From Marinifilum sp. (GTDB taxonomy: Bacteria; Bacteroidota; Bacteroidia; Bacteroidales; CG2-30-32-10): a stretch of DNA of 54,924 nt. Location: NCBI GenBank assembly GCA_020718065.1, contig DYDE01000006.1:1-54924 (forward strand), written 5' to 3'. The number at the start of each line of letters is the position of its first letter. The stretch's first letter is position 1. Position numbers and translations under genes: made by a program. Below the pieces are notes generated by a model. That model did no database searches and was not told the DNA's origin. It worked only from the letters and a program-made list of their open reading frames with translations. This document shows, in pieces, positions 1 through 10,514 of this stretch.

Positions 1-127
1 TTTCCAGCAATGGGAAATGCTTTGCATTCATGAGCTCTTTATAAAAAAAATAAATTTGCGAATAAAAAGTAAATAAATAATAATTTGCAAAAACAGTACT
101 GCTTATATTCAATAAGTTACAAAACTT

Positions 128-184
128 GTCATTGGCAGCGAATTGAAACAAAGCGAACTTGCCTGTCCGGCAGGCAGGGAATCT
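128..184. repeat. REP-like element: gtcattg...aatct frame with internal cttgcctg-tccgg-caggcagg hairpin
   Basis: Hairpin at 158-178 (7/8 arm match); resembles cctgcctgccggcaggcagg-type intergenic palindromes from recall. Confidence 0.55.
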
Positions 185-355
185 ATAATTCATTTTATAA
201 TTTTATCGGACAACAGTGATTTTTTAACATTTCATTTCAATAAACAGATAAATAAATTTTTTCTAATGTTGCTAATTCAACGATGCTACTTCATTTCATA
301 CATATAACGCTATTGTGTTTTTTTTATTGTATATCTCAGAAAAAATATTTTAACC

Positions 356-521
356 AATGAATTCATCGAGGCTCTGCCTCAGGGTGTGCATCAGCAATTT
401 ATTGTAGTTATTTCTTTGCCACAGATTTCACAAATTATCACAGAACTATCTGCGTGAATCTGTGCAATCTGTGGCTAATATTACCCAGATACCTCGAGGC
501 GCTGCCTCGGGCTTATTCATT
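356..521. repeat. Compound REP-like element: two cgaggc-N2-tgcctc hairpins inside aatgaat...attcatt ends, enclosing a gccacagatt...aatctgtggc palindrome (418-475)
   Basis: Inverted repeats read directly; a minimal copy of the same family occurs at 48781-48818. Confidence 0.7.
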
Positions 522-537
522 TTTATTTTTTTCATTC

Positions 538-570
538 AGACCTTACTGGTTTTTAAAATCTGTCAGGGCT
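538..570. repeat. REP-like palindrome agaccttactggtttttaaaatctgtcagggct
   Basis: Imperfect dyad resembling agacctgacaggttt..aaacctgtcaggtct intergenic repeats of Bacteroidota (recall). Confidence 0.55.
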
Positions 571-739
571 AAAGATAAATCTGCGAAATAGGAGGCAAAC
601 AAATTATCAATCCGATCCTTTTTTGATATTTGAGCATATTCTACTATATAAATCAGCTCTTAGCAGAAAAAATCAATTTATATCAGCATACAGATTTTAA
701 ACCACATGATTTATTAAATAAATAAAAAAGTTTTTTACC

Positions 740-975
740 GGTACGACATGTCGTATTGACCAAATACATGTGTATGGATGTAAAACGGAATTCCGTACCG
801 CATAAATACAACTGTATTTTACCAATACGTAATTACGTACCGACTAAATACTCGTGTACGGACGTAGTACATAATTACGTACTACATAAATACAACTGTA
901 TTTTACCAATACGGACTTCCGTACCGCATAAATACATGTGTATAGACGTAGTACGGAATTCCGTATTGCATAGAA
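740..975. repeat. 42-bp tandem array, ~6 units, two palindromes per unit
   Basis: tacg-N6-cgta type dyads start at 742, 784, 826, 868, 910, 952 (exact 42-bp period); second ataca-N2-tgtat type dyad between them. Confidence 0.9.
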
Positions 976-1323
976 ACAAAAATATTTGTATTGAATGACA
1001 AAAATAGTTCGACTAAAATTATTTGTTTGAATTATTGAAGTGGGAGGGGAGGGGTAGGAGATTTGTTTTGAGGGGGTTGTGATTTGTGATGATATTATAG
1101 ATATAAAATGCTTATTTTCATATTTATACAAAAGAGTTAGACACTTATTTAAGTGCATCAAAATTTTATATAAAATAAAATCAGCATTTTATGATTTGAA
1201 AACAAAAAATAAATACTTTTACAAAAAAAAGTATGATTATTGAAAATAAAAACGAATGACAATAATTATATTTAACTAGTTTTTTTAGAACTAAAACATT
1301 TTATGGTATAAATAAAATATAAC

Positions 1324-2592
1324 ATGCTTAAAAAAAATACAATTATTAGATTTGGATTGGTGTTTTTAGGAATCTTTTTATTTCAAAAAGCCTTTTCTCA
1401 GGAGAACTATTTGTCAGGATATGTAATTAATAAGAAAGGTGATACTTTACATGGGTTCATTGATTATAGAAACTGGGAAAGAAACCCTAATATTATTGAC
1501 TTTAAAGGGGCAATAGATGGTAAATCAATTGCCTATAAACCTATTGACATCATTGAGTTTAGTGTTAAGGATGAAATTTATGTGAGTGGGATTGTAAATA
1601 CAGAGACAAGCAAATTTAAAACCGCAGAATTAAATGATGATCCAACTATACATATTAGAGTTGATACTGCTTTTTTGCAAACCCTTTTCAGTGGAAATAA
1701 ATCACTTTATTATTATAAACCCTTATTTGGAAAAGGAAATTTTTATATAAAGCAAGATACTAACTTCGAATTATTGGTTTATAAAAGGTATATAACAAAT
1801 CAGGAAAGCAAACGTGTAATAATTGAAAATAAAAAATATATAGGACAATTAACTGTTTATTTGAATGATTGCCCTTCCATACAATCAAAACTTATAAACA
1901 CTTCATACAATAAAAAAAGTCTGGAAAAACTTTTTGATAATTATTATGAATGCTCTAAATATGAAATCTTTTTTCAAAAAAAGGCAGAGAAATTAACAAC
2001 GGAGTTTGGTGTATTGGCTGGTGCTTCATTAAGTACATTGGAGTTCAGAGGCAATGCTATACCATATCTTACTGAAATTGATTTTAATCAATCAACAAAC
2101 TTTGCTGGAGGTCTGTTTCTAGATATTGTTCTACCAAGGAATCAGGGAAAATGGTCAATAAATAATGAACTTTTATATTCGTCTTATCTATTCAAAGGCA
2201 AATATGGATATTATGAAAATGAAAATAAATATTTCAATACCAATATTGAAATTGGTTCTTCTCATCTTAAAATAAACAATTTACTTAGATATAAATACCC
2301 TATTGGAAAATTATATATGTTTTTTAATATTGGTATGTCCAATGGTTATGCTATTAGTGAAACAAATTCTAAAATAATAAAAACAAAATTTTATTCAACA
2401 GAAACAATTATAAAAGAAGAAGTACTTAATAATTCTCGAAAACATGAGCAAGGATTGTTAATTGGTGGTGGAGCAAAATATAAAAAATTTTCTTTTGAAA
2501 TAAGATATGAAAGAGGAAATGGGATGTCTCCTTATACTAGATTAAATTCTTTGACCCAAAGGTATTACTGTTTGCTTGGGTATAGATTTTAA
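1324..2592 (+). CDS. Outer-membrane beta-barrel (PorT/OMP_b-brl-like) protein with N-terminal domain
   Basis: Signal peptide; amphipathic beta strands in the C-terminal half; terminal GYRF aromatic motif. Confidence 0.7.
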   Translation: MLKKNTIIRFGLVFLGIFLFQKAFSQENYLSGYVINKKGDTLHGFIDYRNWERNPNIIDFKGAIDGKSIAYKPIDIIEFSVKDEIYVSGIVNTETSKFKTAELNDDPTIHIRVDTAFLQTLFSGNKSLYYYKPLFGKGNFYIKQDTNFELLVYKRYITNQESKRVIIENKKYIGQLTVYLNDCPSIQSKLINTSYNKKSLEKLFDNYYECSKYEIFFQKKAEKLTTEFGVLAGASLSTLEFRGNAIPYLTEIDFNQSTNFAGGLFLDIVLPRNQGKWSINNELLYSSYLFKGKYGYYENENKYFNTNIEIGSSHLKINNLLRYKYPIGKLYMFFNIGMSNGYAISETNSKIIKTKFYSTETIIKEEVLNNSRKHEQGLLIGGGAKYKKFSFEIRYERGNGMSPYTRLNSLTQRYYCLLGYRF

Positions 2593-2673
2593 GTGTTATT
2601 ATAAAATACAAAAACTAAAAATTATAATCAGAACACAAATAAATATCCAACATTAATAATTAAAAACTTTAAA

Positions 2674-4152
2674 ATGAAAAAAACTATCAGTTTAATTTTA
2701 GCATTATTTACTCTTATTTGTTTTACCAGAGCTCAGTTACAACCAGAAAATAAGATAAAGCTCAAGAAAGATATCAAACATGTTTCAACTTTTTATCAGC
2801 AAAAAGATGATGACAGCGAATTACTGCCATTTCATTTAAAAGAAAAAGAATACCTTAACACCGAGTCTTTTATATGGAAGTTTGATACAATTTATTCATA
2901 CGACACCATGAATATATTATTTGAAAGATATTTGCAAACATTTGATAATGATGGTAAACTTATCACACAATTAATTGAAAAATGGCAAACCAATACCTGG
3001 GTGAATTTTACGAGATATAATTATATTTATAATACAAATGGTAAAGTGGTAAGCAAATTATTTGAAGTATGGGAAAACAATGTCTGGGTAAATTCTTCCA
3101 GATATGCCTATACATATGATGCTAACAATTATCGTTTAATAGATTTATTAGAACACTGGGAAACCAATGTGTGGGTTAATTTTAGTAGAAATACTTTTAC
3201 AAATGATGCCAATGGAAATGTATTGAATTATATATCTGAACGATGGGAAAACAATATATGGGTTAACATAATGAAAATCACTTCAACCTATGATTCAAAC
3301 GGAAACCTTTTAACAGATTTAATTGAAGATTGGGAAAACAATACTTGGGTGAATTCTCAGAGAGGCACATATACTTATGATGCCAATGGGAATGAACTTA
3401 TGGATATTTGGGAAGAATGGCAAACAAATTTATGGGTAAATACATATAAATATACATTTACATTTGATTCAAACAATAATGAACTAACTTCATTATATGA
3501 AGAATGGCAGGTCAATTTATGGGTGAATAAAATGAGAGGCACTTTAACATATGATTCAAACGGAAATAAATTAACTTCATTATCTGAAGAATGGCTAAAC
3601 AATAACTGGGTAAATATTTCTAAAATGGATTATACCTATGATGTAAACGATAATCTTTTAACTGAATTAAGAGAAGAATGGCAAACCAATATATGGGCAA
3701 ATATTTCTAAAAAGTCTTTTACATACGATATAAATGGAAACTCTATAAGCGGGAAAAATGAAAAATGGCAAAGCAACAATTGGATTCCAGATAACAAGAG
3801 GATAAATCTTTATTCTCAAAAAAACAGAATTTTTGGCATTTATAGCAGTCCATATCGTTATACAGCAAGTTTTAAATCTTTTGAAACAGGTATAACACCC
3901 TCTAATATCATTAGTAATTTTGTTGTTTTTCCCAATCCAACAAGTAAATATATTATGATAAAATGCAATTCTTTTAATAGGAATAAGGAAAGTGCTCTCT
4001 TCATATACAATATGCAGGGGCAATTAGTTAAAAAGCAATCATTTCTGCTTGAAACTGAGGTTTTAGACGTTAGTGATCTTGTAAAAGGTATTTACCTTTT
4101 AAAGATTATTAAAAGCGGAAATATTGAAGTTACTAAATTTTTGAAAGAATAG
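2674..4152 (+). CDS. T9SS type-A cargo protein with ~10 x 29-aa Trp-rich repeats
   Basis: Signal peptide; repeats YTYDxNGN...EEWQTNxWVN; C-terminal FPNPT...IYNMQGQLV...KGIYLLKI...KFLKE sorting domain. Confidence 0.85.
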   Translation: MKKTISLILALFTLICFTRAQLQPENKIKLKKDIKHVSTFYQQKDDDSELLPFHLKEKEYLNTESFIWKFDTIYSYDTMNILFERYLQTFDNDGKLITQLIEKWQTNTWVNFTRYNYIYNTNGKVVSKLFEVWENNVWVNSSRYAYTYDANNYRLIDLLEHWETNVWVNFSRNTFTNDANGNVLNYISERWENNIWVNIMKITSTYDSNGNLLTDLIEDWENNTWVNSQRGTYTYDANGNELMDIWEEWQTNLWVNTYKYTFTFDSNNNELTSLYEEWQVNLWVNKMRGTLTYDSNGNKLTSLSEEWLNNNWVNISKMDYTYDVNDNLLTELREEWQTNIWANISKKSFTYDINGNSISGKNEKWQSNNWIPDNKRINLYSQKNRIFGIYSSPYRYTASFKSFETGITPSNIISNFVVFPNPTSKYIMIKCNSFNRNKESALFIYNMQGQLVKKQSFLLETEVLDVSDLVKGIYLLKIIKSGNIEVTKFLKE

Positions 4153-4237
4153 TATAACCTTACTGAATTAAATAATGATAAAGCTATTGCTTATATTAAT
4201 TTATATTGAATGGTTTATTTTTATTTAATTCATTTTG

Positions 4238-4245
4238 TATATTTG
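4238..4245 (+). promoter_or_regulatory. Bacteroidota -7 promoter element TAnnTTTG
   Basis: tatatttg ~85 bp upstream of the ORF at 4328. Confidence 0.45.
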
Positions 4246-4327
4246 TTTTAAAGTTGAATTAAATAAATAGCTTTAAGAATAAGAATGATAACCTAATATT
4301 TATCATCATAAATTAAAATCCAACAAT

Positions 4328-5029
4328 ATGAAAAAAACAACATTAACAATAGTAATGTTTTCCATTTTTATTTCAATTTCGTTTTCACAAAAGTGGAACA
4401 CAATGATTGATCTTGGTGATATGGCTATTAAAACAACCCATTCCCATAATGAAATGATAAACTCAGTGAACAATTCAACTGTAGAAGGTAGTATGTTTCT
4501 TTACGATGATTTTCGCCCAGGCAATTTGATTATAAAAGGAGATACGCTGATCGAAGGAATTAAATTTCGTTATAACATTTATTCAAAACAGATGGAAATG
4601 GTTGTCAATAATGACACTTTGGCGCTTATTCGACCTGAAAAAGTAAAAAATATATATTTCGATCGCAAATCATTTATCTATACTGCTTATGAGGAGAAAA
4701 ATAAAATAGAATTGGACTATTTTCAGGTACTATCTGAGGGTAAATCCAACTTATTATTGCATTACAAAGTTATTTTTATCCCAAAGAACCCACCAGCAAC
4801 TCCTTATAGTACAGGCAATCCAAATGATCAATTAGAACAATCAAAAAATTATTTTTACCAGAAAGGTGATAAACCTGCTATTCTTTTAAGTAAAAAGTCA
4901 AAAAACATTTTAGAATCATTATCAGATAAAAAAACAGAAGTTGACAAATATATAAAGGAAAAAGATCTAAAAGCTACTAATGAGAAAGACATGGTAGAAA
5001 TATTTCAATATTATAATTCTTTAAAATAG
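4328..5029 (+). CDS. Secreted hypothetical protein (Bacteroidota GS-FLYDDF..G / RYNIY family)
   Basis: 233-aa ORF with signal peptide. Confidence 0.7.
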   Translation: MKKTTLTIVMFSIFISISFSQKWNTMIDLGDMAIKTTHSHNEMINSVNNSTVEGSMFLYDDFRPGNLIIKGDTLIEGIKFRYNIYSKQMEMVVNNDTLALIRPEKVKNIYFDRKSFIYTAYEEKNKIELDYFQVLSEGKSNLLLHYKVIFIPKNPPATPYSTGNPNDQLEQSKNYFYQKGDKPAILLSKKSKNILESLSDKKTEVDKYIKEKDLKATNEKDMVEIFQYYNSLK

Positions 5030-5244
5030 CATTAAATTAGTATTTAAAATTTTTTTAGAAATTTTTTAATTGATTGTAAATTATAGATATAACAAATATT
5101 AGTGTTTTGTAATAAAACATTAAGTTGGTTATATCTATAGGTTTAGAATATAAGAATAAGTTTACTTTACCACTATTTTATAAATAGCAATTATTGCTAT
5201 TAAAATTATATGAAATTTTTTTAAATCTTTGCATTACCTTATAA

Positions 5245-5277
5245 AAAAAGAGGCTGTTTTTAAAACAACCTCTTTTT
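5245..5277. terminator. Bidirectional intrinsic terminator
   Basis: aaaaagaggctgtttt-t-aaaacaacctcttttt hairpin between convergent genes. Confidence 0.8.
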
Positions 5278-5298
5278 GATTAAATGGAATGATAAATA

Positions 5299-6837
5299 TT
5301 AATTACCACCATCCCACCATACTTTTGTAATTAAATCATCTCCACCCATACGAGATTTAGCCGCACTCCAACTATTAGCATTTAGTGTTTGCTCTTGGAT
5401 TGGATATGACATTCTTTTAGGTAAATCTGAACCACTACTTACCAAAGGAGTGAATGTAATTTCAGTAAGATCTGGTTTAATATAAGTTATTTCACTAGGA
5501 CGAACCAATGTTTTAGGATAGCCGGTTCTACGGTATTCTATCCATGGTTGATGAGCCTGAAAAAACAAAGCAATATATTTCTGTGTGGCAACATTTTCTG
5601 CATTAGCAGCAGGTAATGAAGTCAGATAAGCAGTAATATCAGCTGACGAGATGTTGTAATATGTCATTGAAGCAGTTACGCCATTAATATAATGTGTTTG
5701 ATCCCATCCATTAACCTCAGATAAAATAAACTCTACTTCGGCATAATCCATAAAAATACAACTATAATTTATTGAACGGAATAATGATCCGGGATAAGAT
5801 ACATTTCTTTTACCAATTGCACGAGTATCTGCATCTCCCATTCCATATGGCATACCAGTCCAAACAGTATCATTACTTAAGGTTGGAGATGCATAGATAT
5901 ATAATCTAGGATCTTCAATGCCAAAAAATGGATTACTATTATTTCTTCCAGTTGTTGGTATTGGATTTAGACCTTTAAGTAGATCAATAAATTGTTTCGT
6001 TACAGCAAAATCTGTACGATTGCTTACATAATATGCTCTATACCAAGGTGCTTGATTAGGATCTCCATCAAGGTATGTAAATCTAGCATTATCTAAATTA
6101 CTAGTAAAAACGCCAGCAGTAATAGCTTCATTAATATATGTCATATAATTAGAATTAACTTTTAACATTCTTAAAGCAACTCTTAATTTTAAAGAATTTG
6201 CAAACTTTTTCCAATTTGCTGCATCTCCATTATAAATTATGTCCCCTTGAGTAAATGCAGGAACTGTATCTATAATTTGGTTTGATGCTTCTGTTAATTC
6301 TTTAATTAGATCAGTATAGATATCTTTTTGATTATCATACTTTGGGGTAGGTTTATTAATTGGATCAAAAGCTTCTGTATAAGGAATATCACCATAAATA
6401 TCAGTTAAGTTTTGAAAAACCCATGCTTTCAAAATTCTTGCAGCTGCAATCTGATTATTATTATTTCCATATTTTGAATTAATAGCCTTTGTTTTTGGAT
6501 CTGTATTTAACCTAATAACTTCATTTAAATCAGTCATAATGTTGTATATATTAATCCAATAAGAATTATTAATATTTTCTCTGAAAGCATATCTGTCTTC
6601 AGAAGTATAATTGTTTTGAGAAATTTGCTGATCTAGCAAATATCCAAAACGACCACCCCACCATTCATCTCTCATATTATCCATAAGTTGTTTTTGTGCA
6701 TTTGTCATCAATGAATATGCTGGGACGTCAACTGGGCTGTTAGGATTTATATTGGTGTCCTCAAAATCTTTCGTACAGCCTACTACAATAAATGATATTA
6801 TTGCAAATAGAATTAATATTTTATTTAATGTTTTCAT
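5299..6837 (-). CDS. susD: SusD/RagB family nutrient-binding lipoprotein
   Basis: Lipobox VVGC-TKDF; LTDIYGDIPY, WKKFANSLKLR and WIEYRRTGYP motifs; directly downstream of SusC. Confidence 0.93.
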   Translation of the reverse strand: MKTLNKILILFAIISFIVVGCTKDFEDTNINPNSPVDVPAYSLMTNAQKQLMDNMRDEWWGGRFGYLLDQQISQNNYTSEDRYAFRENINNSYWINIYNIMTDLNEVIRLNTDPKTKAINSKYGNNNNQIAAARILKAWVFQNLTDIYGDIPYTEAFDPINKPTPKYDNQKDIYTDLIKELTEASNQIIDTVPAFTQGDIIYNGDAANWKKFANSLKLRVALRMLKVNSNYMTYINEAITAGVFTSNLDNARFTYLDGDPNQAPWYRAYYVSNRTDFAVTKQFIDLLKGLNPIPTTGRNNSNPFFGIEDPRLYIYASPTLSNDTVWTGMPYGMGDADTRAIGKRNVSYPGSLFRSINYSCIFMDYAEVEFILSEVNGWDQTHYINGVTASMTYYNISSADITAYLTSLPAANAENVATQKYIALFFQAHQPWIEYRRTGYPKTLVRPSEITYIKPDLTEITFTPLVSSGSDLPKRMSYPIQEQTLNANSWSAAKSRMGGDDLITKVWWDGGN

Positions 6838-6859
6838 ATTTTATAGTATTTTTTAATTA

Positions 6860-9800
6860 TTAAAAATCGAAACTTAAATTAAAACCAAATGTACGAAGAC
6901 TAGGTAATGCACCACCTTCTAATCCTTGAATATTGCCAGAACTTGTAGTATTTTCTGGATCGATGTGTGGGCAATCTTTACCCCAAATAGCTAGGTTACG
7001 ACCAAATGCCGATACTTTAAGGTTTTTAATTTTTATTTTATCCGAAATTTTAGCTGGTAAAGTATATCCAATACGAACTTCACGTAATTTTATATAATCT
7101 GTATTGAAAATATTTTGGGAGATAGGTCCATCATAGAAATCATGACAATATTGTTGGCCTTCAATATAAGTTGTATTAGTAACTGGAACATCAGATGGAT
7201 TTCCGTTTGCATCTGTATAATGCCATACCCCGTTTACATAGGTGCCGTATACTCCTTCATTTTTAACACCACCACCATTTGCAACTTCTTCTCTTATATT
7301 TATACCTTTATCATTGGTAGCAGCTGATTCTTCAAGGATTCCACTATACATACCCCACATATTAGTAGTTGAAAACAATTGCCCACCTTTTTGATAATCT
7401 ATCAAGAAGCCAAAATCAATATTTTTATACTTAAAATTATTGCTTATCCCCATATTGTATTTTGGCATAATATTTCCTATTACTTTAACCTCTGATACCA
7501 AATATCTACCAGTAGCAGGATTTATTAATTTATTTCCATTATTATCATAAACAAAATCTGTTCCCATAATTGCACCATAGGGTTCTCCTACTTTAGCATT
7601 AACTGAGACTTTGAAAGGGGCATTCGCTAATTGATATGCTTCAATTCCGGGAGCTAAAGAAACTACTTCATTTCTGTTTCTTGAGAAATTATAAAAAATA
7701 TCCCATTGAAAATTGGTTTTTTTAATAGGAACTAAATTAATCATAAATTCAATACCTTTATTATTTAATTCTCCAGCATTTACATATTTAAATGTGTAAC
7801 CAGTAGCTCCTGAAATAGGAATTGGTATAATTAAATCACGAGTGGTTTTTGTATAATAAGTAAAGTCAATTCCTGCTCTATTATTCAAGAATTTTAATTC
7901 TGTTCCTGTTTCAATTGAAGTAATTTCTTCAGGTTTTAATTCTGGATTATTTAGAGTTGCAGGTCTTGTATATCTGATTTCTGATCCAAAATTACTAAAA
8001 GCAGTATAAGGAGTAATTAAATTATATGGATCGGTATCGTTTCCAACTTGTGCCCAACCAGCTCTAACTTTACCAAAAGATAAAATTTTATTATCTTTTA
8101 AAGCATTTAATTCTGTAAAAACAAAACTTAACTGAACAGAAGGATATAAATAAGAGTTGTTTTCTTTAGGTAAAGTGGATGACCAGTCATTACGCATAGT
8201 TAGATCAAGGTATAATAAACTATAATAGCTTAATGAAGCACTTCCATATAAACTATTTACTTTTTTATTAAACGTTTGATCAAATGATATTGCTGTTGAA
8301 CCAGAGTTTCTTAAATTATAGTAATCTCTGATTTGTAAACCTCCAGAAGTGATACCTTCATTATAATGCGTTGTTCTATCCATTCTATTTCCCCCAAAAG
8401 TTGCACCTAAACGAAAAGCATCAGATAAATTTTTATCTATCTGAAATAAAATTTCTTTATCAACTTCCCAATAATCTCTAATAGTTTCTGCATATAATGA
8501 TAATGCTTGAGAACCAACAGCTACTCTTTCTTGAATCCTTAATTCATAATACTGTGAATTTAATTTACCTGTAACTTTTAACCAATCAAGGATATCCCAA
8601 GTTAATCCTACACTTCCTACATAATTATCTTTATCATCATTCTGATAATTTTTATTACGAGTCCAGTATGGATTGTCAGAATAATTAGGTGTTGGATCAT
8701 CCCAAGATACTCTATTCCATACTCTTTGTGTTCCATCTGGATTTTCATAATTTTCCAATTTGCTCATATCTAATTGACGTTGACCCCACTGGTTAAATTT
8801 TTGCATAACATTATTATCATCATATCCAGTGGAAGGTCTACCTAAAGCTTTAGTATTAGTATATGTTATAACACCAAAAGTATTTATTTTTTTACCAAGC
8901 TTTGTATTTCCACTTAAATTAATAGTATTACGTTTTAATGTAGAGTTTGGCATATAACCTTTGGAATTAGTATTGGTATAAGATAGTCTGAAAGCGGATA
9001 TATCTGAACCACCAACTAATTCAAAGTTATTATTATAAGTAACCCCTGTTTCAAAAAAAGATTTTACATCATTATCACTTTTTGTCCAAGGAACAGTTTG
9101 TAAAGGCGTATTAGGTTTGCCTGCAGCTTCCCAATCAAAAATACTCCATGCAGGTAAATATTGTATGTTTGGATCATATTTTGGTCCAAAACTTTCATCG
9201 GTAGCATAATCAATAACATTATATTCTACTCCATTTATAGTTACTTGATCAAATCCATTGTTTCCTGCTAAAATAGAACCTCCTCCATATGAATTTTGGT
9301 AATTTGGTAAAACAGAGACTTGTTCTAAGCTAATACCACTATTAATTTTAACTCCAATTCCTGGTTTTCCTTTTCCTATTATACCTTTTTTTGTAGTTAT
9401 AATAATTACTCCATTTGCAGCTCGTGATCCGTAAAGAGCAGCTGCATTTGGACCTTTTAGGACAGAAACAGAAGCAATATCATCAGGATTTATATCTGAT
9501 GCCATATTGCCAAAATCATAACCACCTGCTCCTCTAGCTGTATTATTAGTATTAATGTTTCCGTCAACAATTTGTGTGTTGTAATCACTATTGTCAATAG
9601 GTACACCATCAATAACAAATAAAGGTTGATTGTTTCCAGTAACAGAATTAATCCCTCTTAAAGTAATTCTACTTGAACCACCCATCGAACCGGTATTTCC
9701 AATTATCTGAACACCAGCAATCTTGCCAGATAAAGAATTAATAACATTGTTTTCTCTACTTTGTACAAGATCGTCTCCTTTCAAATCTTGAACAGAGTAT

Positions 9801-10159
9801 CCCAATGATTTTTTTTCTCTGGAAATACCTAAAGCTGTAACTACAACTTCAGAAAGTTTGGCTATGTCTTCAGTCATAGCTAAGTCAAAAGTAGATTTTC
9901 CTTTAACATCTACTTCTTCTTTTGTCATCCCTACAAAAGAGAAGACAATAATGGCGTCCTCAGGTACACTGAGCTTGTAAACACCATTCACATCGGTAAC
10001 TGTTCCTTTGGTAGTACCTTTAATTACTACCGAAACGCCGGGTATTGGAGTACCATCCGTGTAGGAGGTTACCTTCCCCGTAACTACTTTTTCCTGGGCA
10101 AACAGCTGTATGCTAGCCGCCACAAGGAAAACAAAAAGGGTAAGCAGAATCTTTTTCAT
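6860..10159 (-). CDS. susC: SusC/RagA TonB-dependent outer-membrane transporter
   Basis: N-terminal carboxypeptidase-like domain, EVVVTALG, plug motif LKGPNAAALYGSRAANGVIIITTKKG, C-terminal Phe. Confidence 0.96.
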   Translation of the reverse strand: MKKILLTLFVFLVAASIQLFAQEKVVTGKVTSYTDGTPIPGVSVVIKGTTKGTVTDVNGVYKLSVPEDAIIVFSFVGMTKEEVDVKGKSTFDLAMTEDIAKLSEVVVTALGISREKKSLGYSVQDLKGDDLVQSRENNVINSLSGKIAGVQIIGNTGSMGGSSRITLRGINSVTGNNQPLFVIDGVPIDNSDYNTQIVDGNINTNNTARGAGGYDFGNMASDINPDDIASVSVLKGPNAAALYGSRAANGVIIITTKKGIIGKGKPGIGVKINSGISLEQVSVLPNYQNSYGGGSILAGNNGFDQVTINGVEYNVIDYATDESFGPKYDPNIQYLPAWSIFDWEAAGKPNTPLQTVPWTKSDNDVKSFFETGVTYNNNFELVGGSDISAFRLSYTNTNSKGYMPNSTLKRNTINLSGNTKLGKKINTFGVITYTNTKALGRPSTGYDDNNVMQKFNQWGQRQLDMSKLENYENPDGTQRVWNRVSWDDPTPNYSDNPYWTRNKNYQNDDKDNYVGSVGLTWDILDWLKVTGKLNSQYYELRIQERVAVGSQALSLYAETIRDYWEVDKEILFQIDKNLSDAFRLGATFGGNRMDRTTHYNEGITSGGLQIRDYYNLRNSGSTAISFDQTFNKKVNSLYGSASLSYYSLLYLDLTMRNDWSSTLPKENNSYLYPSVQLSFVFTELNALKDNKILSFGKVRAGWAQVGNDTDPYNLITPYTAFSNFGSEIRYTRPATLNNPELKPEEITSIETGTELKFLNNRAGIDFTYYTKTTRDLIIPIPISGATGYTFKYVNAGELNNKGIEFMINLVPIKKTNFQWDIFYNFSRNRNEVVSLAPGIEAYQLANAPFKVSVNAKVGEPYGAIMGTDFVYDNNGNKLINPATGRYLVSEVKVIGNIMPKYNMGISNNFKYKNIDFGFLIDYQKGGQLFSTTNMWGMYSGILEESAATNDKGINIREEVANGGGVKNEGVYGTYVNGVWHYTDANGNPSDVPVTNTTYIEGQQYCHDFYDGPISQNIFNTDYIKLREVRIGYTLPAKISDKIKIKNLKVSAFGRNLAIWGKDCPHIDPENTTSSGNIQGLEGGALPSLRTFGFNLSFDF

Positions 10160-10452
10160 GTTTCTTGTGTTAAATTAATAATAAATTTTAGTAGATTTAA
10201 TGAATAGCATTAAATCATTGTAAATTTATAAATATTTATTTATCATTTCCAAGTAAAACAATTAAAAAAATTAAAATATTTTTTTCTTTTCTTTTCAAAA
10301 GCCTGAAAAACAACATGTAAATAGATGTTTTTTTTTAAGGTAAAAATACCTGCCTTTGTTTGATTTTTATTTTTGCTAAATGGAAAGATTATTAATAAAA
10401 TTCATAATAGATTGTTTTACAGCAATTGAATAAGATATTGTAAAATATTTAC

Positions 10453-10492
10453 TACTTTGTATTGCAAGGTACTGAAATTTGTTTTATATTTG
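10453..10492 (+). promoter_or_regulatory. Putative PadR operator (tactttg-tattg-caaggta dyad) and -7 element tatatttg
   Basis: Near-perfect dyad 10453-10471 upstream of TAnnTTTG at 10485-10492. Confidence 0.55.
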
Positions 10493-10514
10493 CAATGTCA
10501 AAATAAAATTAAAA

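Noticed and set aside
1-31. Possible start of a minus-strand gene (MNAKHFPLLE...)
   Set aside because: Only 10 codons lie inside the window; cannot be supported
756-1161. 80-aa and 105-aa ORFs over the 42-bp array
   Set aside because: Open frames are explained by the repeat; variation preserves DNA palindromes rather than amino acids
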